Assembly (NCBI GenBank): GCA_029856525.1
Contig: JAHQXC010000079.1
Location: 1 to 5,237, forward strand
Direction of reading: 5' to 3'
Length of the DNA stretch: 5,237 bases
Source of the DNA: Candidatus Odinarchaeia archaeon
Lineage (GTDB): Archaea > Asgardarchaeota > Odinarchaeia > Odinarchaeales > Odinarchaeaceae
The notes under the pieces: generated by a model
Told to the model about the DNA's origin: nothing
Seen by the model: the letters and a program-made list of their open reading frames with translations, nothing else
Database searches by the model: none
Position numbers and translations under genes: made by a program
Shown: one piece after another, positions 1-5,237 of the stretch
Position numbering within the stretch: the first letter of the stretch is position 1
Layout: every line of letters begins with the position of its first letter

Positions 1-36
1 AATTAAATTATCTAGGGGATATTTATCCTAGTGAAT

Positions 37-43
37 GAGGTGA
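37..43 (+). promoter_or_regulatory. Shine-Dalgarno GAGGTGA for the GGR-family gene
   Basis: GAGGTGA 4 nt upstream of the TTG at 48; complementary to the archaeal 16S 3' end. Confidence 0.75.
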
Positions 44-47
44 GTTT

Positions 48-1250
48 TTGACAGCTAGCATATATATAATAGGCGGTGGACCTGCAGGCTGTCTGCTAGC
101 AAGTAAACTCGCAAGTAACAATGTAAATGTCACCGTATTCGAGGAGCATCCTGAAATAGGTCTCCCAGATCACTGCGCTGGTTTAGTGAATTGTAAAAAT
201 CTTCAAAAATTTTTTAACCCACCTAAAAAGATTATTAAAAACATTGTTAAAGGCGCGGTTATCCGCTACAACCACGGGGTCATCTATTTATCTAGAAATA
301 TTGATGAAGCGTATGTGATAGATAGGCCTGGGTTAGATCAGTATCTAGCTTTGAAAGCTCAAGAGAAAGGGGCGGCGATAAGAGTCAACCAGAAAATAGT
401 AGGTTTAAAGAGGGTTAACGGAATGTTTAAACTTATATCAGCTACAGGTGAAGCCTTTAATGAAGCTAGCGTCATAGTCAACGCGGCTGGTGTTAAAGGC
501 CTTTTCTCGAAAACCATTAACCCTATCGCATCTAAGTACCTTAACGCCACCCCGGCTATCCAATATGAAATGTATAATGTGAAGGATATATCAAAAGACC
601 ATGTTGAATTATATTTCAATAATGATTTAACTCCAGGTTTCTTCAGCTGGATAATCCCTTTAAACGAGGAGACTGTGAGAGTAGGGGTTGGCGCGCGGGC
701 ATCCAGCCTTCAGGATAGAATTCAGTATTTTATTAGAAAAATAGATTTCAACGCTTACAGGTTTAGAAACTCAAAGTTGCAGGCTGTTAAAAAAGGATTA
801 ATATTAACAGGGGGGCCGGTGAATAAAACATACTGGGATGGGGGGATACTTTTAGGAGATGCAGCCGCCCAGGTGAAGCCTACAACAGGCGGTGGTTTAA
901 TCCTAGCAGGGTTATGCGCTAACATAGCGGCTAGAATACTGATTAAAGCAGCTGAAACACGAAATTTTTCAAGCAGCTTTCTCTCAAAATATCAGGCTTC
1001 ATGGAGGAGTATATTAAGCGCAGAGTTAACTTATATGAAATATGTTAGATATCTCTTAGATGGATTGGATAACACTCATCTAACCATGTTTTTTGAAAAA
1101 ATAAAGGATAGCAACATAGTCGAGGCGATAATATCGGAGGGCGACATGGATTTTCAAGCTAAAACCGTTAAATCCGTTATGAAGAAACCTATGTTTATTA
1201 GACTAATACCGTTAACACTATTAGGGTTAACTAAACACGCGTTAAAATAA
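48..1250 (+). CDS. Geranylgeranyl reductase family FAD-dependent oxidoreductase (DGGGPL-reductase-like), 400 aa, TTG start
   Basis: N-terminal Rossmann motif IIGGGPAG, PDHCAG (PxxC), IDRPGLDQYL, PGFFSWIIP (variant of YxWxFP) and GDAAAQVKPTTGGG, all in the GGR family order. Confidence 0.85.
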   Translation: MTASIYIIGGGPAGCLLASKLASNNVNVTVFEEHPEIGLPDHCAGLVNCKNLQKFFNPPKKIIKNIVKGAVIRYNHGVIYLSRNIDEAYVIDRPGLDQYLALKAQEKGAAIRVNQKIVGLKRVNGMFKLISATGEAFNEASVIVNAAGVKGLFSKTINPIASKYLNATPAIQYEMYNVKDISKDHVELYFNNDLTPGFFSWIIPLNEETVRVGVGARASSLQDRIQYFIRKIDFNAYRFRNSKLQAVKKGLILTGGPVNKTYWDGGILLGDAAAQVKPTTGGGLILAGLCANIAARILIKAAETRNFSSSFLSKYQASWRSILSAELTYMKYVRYLLDGLDNTHLTMFFEKIKDSNIVEAIISEGDMDFQAKTVKSVMKKPMFIRLIPLTLLGLTKHALK

Positions 1251-1355
1251 TTGCAGTAAGATTTTTAAAGAAAATAATTAAATGTACTCCAATCGTATTC
1301 ATTCAGTTAAGGATGCGTCTATAGAATACTTGTATAGATTTTAGGAGGAAACTTT

Positions 1356-1532
1356 ATGGAAGAGATTGAAACCCCTCTCTGCTCGTGTTGCGGACATGTG
1401 ATACCACCGGATGATGCCGCCGTGCATTTTTCCTGCCCAGGTTGCGGTGAAATAACAATATGGCGTTGTGAACGCTGTCGAAAATTCGCGAACACTTATA
1501 AATGTGTTAAATGCGGTTTTGAAGGTCCGTGA
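1356..1532 (+). CDS. Small Zn-ribbon protein, DUF1610/HVO_2753-like, 58 aa (not in ORF track)
   Basis: Manual translation MEEIETPLCSCCGHVIPPDDAAVHFSCPGCGEITIWRCERCRKFANTYKCVKCGFEGP*: four CxxC motifs and the family's C-terminal CGFEGP. AGGAGG RBS at 1343-1348. It lies directly upstream of EF-1beta, a conserved archaeal gene pair. Confidence 0.92.
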   Translation: MEEIETPLCSCCGHVIPPDDAAVHFSCPGCGEITIWRCERCRKFANTYKCVKCGFEGP

Positions 1533-1545
1533 AGGGGAATTTTAT

Positions 1546-1812
1546 ATGGGTAAAGTTTTAGCGGTTTTAAATATAATCCCACAAGATCAGGAAATAGATC
1601 TTAACAATATATGCGATAAAATAAAGCACAGTTTACCTGACAACATAAAATACCATGATTCTAAGATTGAACCGTTCGCATTCGGTGTTAACACGTTAAA
1701 AATCAGCTTTATATTAGATGACAGTGAAGGGGGAATGGATATTTTAGAAGAGTTAATAAAAAACATAGACGGTGTAGGTGAAATTTCAGTAGAGCATTTA
1801 ACATTAATCTAG
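1546..1812 (+). CDS. ef1b: Archaeal translation elongation factor aEF-1beta, 88 aa
   Basis: MGKVLAVLNIIPQDQEIDLNNICDKIK...EPFAFGVNTLKISFILDDSEGGMDILEELIKNIDGVGEISVEHLTLI matches the aEF-1beta pattern (EP.AFG, D..GG, I.GV..V). The ATG at 1546 follows AGGGGA. The track's start at 1468 falls inside the Zn-ribbon gene. Confidence 0.93.
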   Translation: MGKVLAVLNIIPQDQEIDLNNICDKIKHSLPDNIKYHDSKIEPFAFGVNTLKISFILDDSEGGMDILEELIKNIDGVGEISVEHLTLI

Positions 1813-1838
1813 TTTTTAACTGCATCGCGAGAAACCCT

Positions 1839-1860
1839 GTGAAAGCTGGGGTGAAAGCTG
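1839..1860 (+). repeat. 10-bp direct repeat GTGAAAGCTG x2
   Basis: Exact copies at 1839-1848 and 1851-1860, separated by GG. Confidence 0.8.
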
Positions 1861-2012
1861 AAAAAGATGTTTATAGTTTCCAAGGAAATTCGGCAACTAT
1901 GAATATAAACTAGACAAGGATGCTTATTCATTTTATGCTTGACAATACCATCCAAGTCAAGTAGTAGAGTATCGGAAGCAAATGTTTGAAAAAGAGAAGA
2001 CCGCATTTTTTC

Positions 2013-2049
2013 TGAAGCAGGAAGCCTCCGATATGGAGGCTTAGTTCAC
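2013..2049 (+). mobile_element. IS200/IS605-family right end (TnpB omega-RNA 3' scaffold-like), with no transposase or TnpB gene; the degenerate element may extend left to about 1820
   Basis: TGAAGCAGGAAGCC, then a perfect hairpin AAGCCTCC-GATAT-GGAGGCTT (2022-2042), then AGTTCAC. This matches my recollection of archaeal IS605/IS1341 right ends (GAAGCAGGAAGCC-hairpin-GTTCAC) and parallels the ISDra2 right end (GAAG...GAATC-hairpin-GGTTCAA). Not verified by search. Confidence 0.68.
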
Positions 2050-2059
2050 AGCAGTAACC

Positions 2060-2126
2060 TAACGTTAAGCTAGCTTAAATACTCGTGAATAACTTAAATT
2101 AAGTATAATAGATTTATAATTTAAGT
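2060..2126. promoter_or_regulatory. Putative cdc48 promoter with a palindrome/inverted-repeat cluster
   Basis: TAACGTTA (2060-2067), TTAAGCTAGCTTAA (2065-2078), and a perfect 10-bp inverted repeat ACTTAAATTA (2092-2101) / TAATTTAAGT (2117-2126) overlapping the TATA-like TTTATAAT (2113-2120). GGAGG RBS at 2146-2150. Confidence 0.5.
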
Positions 2127-2160
2127 AGTCTATTTTTTCATAAACGGAGGCTCAAATTTC

Positions 2161-4326
2161 ATGGAAGTTTCCCTTCGCGTCGCCGAGGCTTATCCCAGAG
2201 ACGTCGGTAGATTTGTGATAAGATTTCATAAGAAGATATTCAAAAATTTAGGGATAACCCCCGGGGACATTATAGAAATACGAGGCCACCGGCGGAGTGC
2301 AGGGATAGCTCACCCTCTTCAATCTGATGATGCAAAAGATAATATTGTTAGAATAGACGGTATAATGCGGAAGAATCTTAGAGTTGGAATAGGGGATAAC
2401 GTTTTAATTAAAAAAATAGATGAGCAAACCGCTAAAACGATTATTTTAGCACCTCTCTATAAGCTAAGTGAAGGTGAAATATCACCGGAATACGTAAAGG
2501 AGAAGCTGTTAAACTATCCGGTGTGTAACGGTGATATTCTTCTAGTGCAGCTGGGAATAAACAAGGAGGTTAAATTCAAAGTCTCGAGTACAACACCGTC
2601 AGATATAGTTGTTGTTAGAACAACCACTAAACTAATTATTTCAAATGAAATACCAGACGAGACTGGTAGAATCCCTTATATAACATACGAGGACATCGGC
2701 GGCTTTAAAAAATCTATAAGAAAGATAAGGGAGATGATAGAACTTCCCTTAAAATATCCTGCCTTATTCCGTAAATTAGGTGTTGAACCTCCTAAAGGCG
2801 TCTTGATTTACGGTCCGCCTGGATCAGGTAAAACACTGTTAGCTCAGGCTGTAGCTAACGAGTCTAACGCCTATTTCATATCTATAAATGGACCTGAAAT
2901 AATGAGTAAATATTACGGGGAATCTGAAAAAAGGTTGAGAGAAATTTTCACAGAAGCTGAGAGAAACGCACCGAGTATAATATTCATAGATGAAATAGAT
3001 GCGATCGCTCCTAAACGTGAGGATACAGTTGGAGAAGTTGAACGGAGGGTTGTAGCACAGCTGCTCACTCTAATGGATGGAATTAAATCTAGAGGATCTA
3101 TTATAGTGATAGGCGCGACTAATAGAATTAACGCAATAGATCCGGCTCTTAGAAGGCCTGGAAGATTCGATAGAGAAATTGAATTAGGTGTGCCGGATTA
3201 CGATGAGCGGCTTGAAATATTACAAATTCATACTAGGAGTATGCCGCTTGATAAATCAGTGAATCTTTCAAAAATAGCCGAGCTCACATACGGATTTGTA
3301 GGCGCTGATCTAGCAGCTTTATGTAGGGAGGCTGGGATGCGGGTTATGCAGCGGATTTTATCCGGCGCAGAAAGCTTAGACGAGGATTCAATAAATCTTA
3401 AATTAGATGGTAAAATCACAGTAACAGAACAAGACTTTATAGAAGCGTTAAAGGAGATAACACCTAGCGCTCTCAGAGAGATATCAACTGAAAAACCTCA
3501 AGAAAAGTGGAGTAATATAGGAGGTTTACACGCCGCGAAAAAAAAGCTTTTAGAAGCTGTAAATCTTTCATTAAATAAATCCAGTGTTTTCAGAGAAATC
3601 GGTTTAAAGCCTTATAATGGGATACTAGTATACGGTCCACCTGGCTGCGGGAAAACAATTCTCATCAGAGGCTTAGCTAATGAAGTTAACGCGAACTATA
3701 TCGAAATTAAAGGAGCTGAGTTGTTTTCAAAATGGGTTGGTGAAACTGAGAAGGCGATAGGTGAAATATTCAGAAAGGCTAAAGCCATTTCACCTTGTAT
3801 TATTTTCTTTGATGAAATAGATACTCTAGGCGCTGCACGTGCTACCGGGGGAGCTTTAAATGATAAAATCGTAAACCGTCTTATAGCTGAAATAGACGGC
3901 ACTCTCTCCCATCAGAAAATTATAATAATAGGCGCCACTAATCGACCTGACGCATTAGATCCGGCTCTAATCAGAGCGGGAAGATTTGATTTAATTCTCT
4001 CTATACCACCCCCAGACTATAATGAACGTTTAGAAATCCTTAAAATCTACACTAGTAAAATAAATATGGATAGTGAAGTTAGTTTAGAGGAGATCGCTAA
4101 ATTAACTGAAAACTATGTTGGCGCTGACCTACACGCACTCTGCCGTGAGGCGGCTGTAATAGCGTTTGAACAGACTGGAAGCGGTAAAACAGTAAGACGC
4201 GAACACTTCGAGGAGGCTATGAAACTTATACGGCCATCTCTAACCAAGGATGTAATTGAATGGTATAAGTCTTTCGAAAGAAGATTCTCTAAAGTTATAA
4301 GCGATTATAAAGCTCATATAATTTAG
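2161..4326 (+). CDS. cdc48: Cdc48/VAT/p97-family type II AAA+ ATPase, 721 aa
   Basis: N-terminal double-psi-barrel start ([13 protein letters not shown]). D1: [28 protein letters not shown]...[15 protein letters not shown]2: [43 protein letters not shown]. Confidence 0.96.
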   Translation: MEVSLRVAEAYPRDVGRFVIRFHKKIFKNLGITPGDIIEIRGHRRSAGIAHPLQSDDAKDNIVRIDGIMRKNLRVGIGDNVLIKKIDEQTAKTIILAPLYKLSEGEISPEYVKEKLLNYPVCNGDILLVQLGINKEVKFKVSSTTPSDIVVVRTTTKLIISNEIPDETGRIPYITYEDIGGFKKSIRKIREMIELPLKYPALFRKLGVEPPKGVLIYGPPGSGKTLLAQAVANESNAYFISINGPEIMSKYYGESEKRLREIFTEAERNAPSIIFIDEIDAIAPKREDTVGEVERRVVAQLLTLMDGIKSRGSIIVIGATNRINAIDPALRRPGRFDREIELGVPDYDERLEILQIHTRSMPLDKSVNLSKIAELTYGFVGADLAALCREAGMRVMQRILSGAESLDEDSINLKLDGKITVTEQDFIEALKEITPSALREISTEKPQEKWSNIGGLHAAKKKLLEAVNLSLNKSSVFREIGLKPYNGILVYGPPGCGKTILIRGLANEVNANYIEIKGAELFSKWVGETEKAIGEIFRKAKAISPCIIFFDEIDTLGAARATGGALNDKIVNRLIAEIDGTLSHQKIIIIGATNRPDALDPALIRAGRFDLILSIPPPDYNERLEILKIYTSKINMDSEVSLEEIAKLTENYVGADLHALCREAAVIAFEQTGSGKTVRREHFEEAMKLIRPSLTKDVIEWYKSFERRFSKVISDYKAHII

Positions 4327-4340
4327 GAGTTGAATGTGAA

Positions 4341-4604
4341 ATGTGCGCTAGTTTCTGGGAGAGTTCTCTATTAAAAAATAATCTTTTAACGATAATAGCT
4401 AAACATCAAGGTGTAATCTTAGATGACGAACTTTACACGATACTTAAAAAAGATTACCCCGACCTCTCATATAAAGAGTTTAACAGAATGCTAATGGAGC
4501 TTGAAATACAAGGTTTAATATATGTTTCACAAATCACAAAAACTAAACGTCGTGTTGAATTAGTGAAAGAGGGACAGGAATTTCTTGGAGTAGGGGAAGA
4601 TTAA
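4341..4604 (+). CDS. Small winged-helix protein of unknown function, 87 aa
   Basis: Three predicted helices followed by a beta-wing (SYKEFNRMLMELEIQGLIYVSQITKTKRRVELV). GGAG RBS at 4326-4329 overlaps the cdc48 stop. It resembles small wHTH proteins I recall next to cdc48 in TACK archaea. Confidence 0.75.
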   Translation: MCASFWESSLLKNNLLTIIAKHQGVILDDELYTILKKDYPDLSYKEFNRMLMELEIQGLIYVSQITKTKRRVELVKEGQEFLGVGED

Positions 4605-4665
4605 TATTCACGGTAAAGATTAAATATTAAGCTTGTGATTAAAACGTTTAAAAAAGGTGGTTTAC

Positions 4666-4827
4666 ATGCCGATAACAGATCCTGATAAAAAATATATTGC
4701 AGCCCATTCGCTACTCTATGTTAACATATGCAGGAAGTGTGGTGCCCGTAACCCTTTAAATAATAAGAAGTGTAGAAATTGCAGGTCTTCTTCACTTAGA
4801 CCTAAAAAGCGTGAAATAGGTAAGTAA
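4666..4827 (+). CDS. rpl40e: 50S ribosomal protein L40e, 53 aa (not in ORF track)
   Basis: MPITDPDKKYIAAHSLLYVNICRKCGARNPLNNKKCRNCRSSSLRPKKREIGK*: ICRKCGARNP...KCR.C...LRPK signature. AGGTGG RBS at 4655-4660. Confidence 0.96.
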   Translation: MPITDPDKKYIAAHSLLYVNICRKCGARNPLNNKKCRNCRSSSLRPKKREIGK

Positions 4828-4890
4828 ATGTGCGCTTATATTAAAATGAGTCTTTTCAAAAAACTTATAATTTTTATAGTTTTCGAAATC

Positions 4891-5009
4891 GGGCGGGTGG
4901 TCTAGGGGTTATGACGCCGCCCTCACACGGCGGAGATTAAAGTATTTAAACCGCAGATAAATCATAAGTTTAGCGGTGTTCGGGGGTTCGAAACCCTCCC
5001 CGCCCACCA
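4891..5009 (+). tRNA. tRNA-Val(CAC), CCA encoded, with 43 nt of intron sequence at noncanonical position 45/46 (exons 4891-4935 and 4979-5009)
   Basis: Acceptor stem GGGCGGG/CCCGCCC + A + CCA; D arm GTCT-AGGGGTTA-TGAC; anticodon arm CCGCC-CT CAC AC-GGCGG; T arm GGGGG-TTCGAAA-CCCTC. Joining the exons gives exactly 76 nt with variable loop AGTTC. Confidence 0.92.
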
Positions 5010-5109
5010 CCCTACAGCTAAATTTTAAAATCGTAAACAAAAAACTTAATAATGTTTTAATCTCGTATAAATTTCATTAATTTGATTATGCTTTTACCGG
5101 GATGGTTTT

Positions 5110-5237
5110 ATGATAGATTATAATGATCCTCGCCGTGAAGAATATGTACAGAATGTTTTGAAAATAATCCAGGAGAAAAAGTTGAAATTCGTCCGCTTAC
5201 AGTTCATTGATATCAATGGAGTGGTTAAAAGCTTCGC
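5110..5237 (+). CDS. glnA: Glutamine synthetase (type I), N-terminal fragment running off the window
   Basis: MIDYNDPRREEYVQNVLKIIQEKKLKFVRLQFIDINGVVKSF matches the GS N-terminal V...I.E..VKFVRLQF.DI.G..K pattern; only 42 codons are visible. Confidence 0.85.
   Translation, partial: MIDYNDPRREEYVQNVLKIIQEKKLKFVRLQFIDINGVVKSF

Noticed and set aside
359-619. Minus-strand 86-aa ORF
   Set aside because: Antisense shadow inside the well-supported GGR gene, with no motifs.
1318-1338. TCTATA-N9-TATAGA inverted repeat upstream of the Zn-ribbon gene
   Set aside because: Only 6 bp in an AT-rich spacer; expected by chance.
1468-1545. N-terminal extension of EF-1beta suggested by the ORF track (MNAVENS...)
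   Set aside because: It is an alternative frame of the Zn-ribbon gene (1356-1532). The ATG at 1546 has an RBS and gives the normal ~88-aa aEF-1beta.
1839-1860. Direct repeat read as a mini-CRISPR array
   Set aside because: Only two 10-bp units 2 nt apart, with no spacers and no cas genes.
1809-2006. Minus-strand 65-aa ORF across the intergenic element
   Set aside because: No recognisable motifs; it is antisense to the IS-like sequence and probably spurious.
2022-2042. Hairpin read as a bacterial-type intrinsic terminator
   Set aside because: No U-tract follows it directly on either strand; the flanking GAAGCAGG and GTTCAC fit an IS200/IS605 right end better.
3228-3902. Two minus-strand ORFs (3228-3419 and 3696-3902)
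   Set aside because: Antisense shadows of conserved cdc48 coding sequence.
4605-4665. Ubiquitin fusion to L40e, as in eukaryotes
   Set aside because: L40e starts at its own RBS/ATG with no upstream ubiquitin-like coding sequence; this is the ordinary archaeal standalone form.
4934-4980. Single 43-nt intron model for tRNA-Val
   Set aside because: None of the five registers gives a complementary 4-bp BHB central helix.
5010-5109. NrpR-type nitrogen operator upstream of glnA
   Set aside because: No GGAA-N6-TTCC is present, only weak AT-rich dyads.

Overview
AT-rich archaeal housekeeping window; the GGAGG/GAGGTGA ribosome-binding sites and an L40e starting MPITDP are TACK/Asgard-like, but the lineage is an inference. 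All real genes are on the + strand: geranylgeranyl-reductase-family flavoprotein, DUF1610/HVO_2753-like Zn-ribbon protein (missed by the ORF track), aEF-1beta, a ~350-bp intergenic region carrying an IS200/IS605 (TnpB-type) right-end signature, a Cdc48/VAT AAA+ ATPase lacking a C-terminal HbYX motif, a small winged-helix protein, rpl40e (missed by the track), tRNA-Val(CAC) and the 5' end of glnA. The strongest observation is the tRNA. Its 43-nt insert at position 45/46 cannot form a single bulge-helix-bulge (BHB) motif, but it resolves into two tandem mini-introns (21 and 22 nt) that share one CCGC-AG element and appear to need removal in a fixed order. The second is a gene-less IS200/IS605 right end (omega-RNA-like tail) immediately upstream of a palindrome-rich cdc48 promoter.
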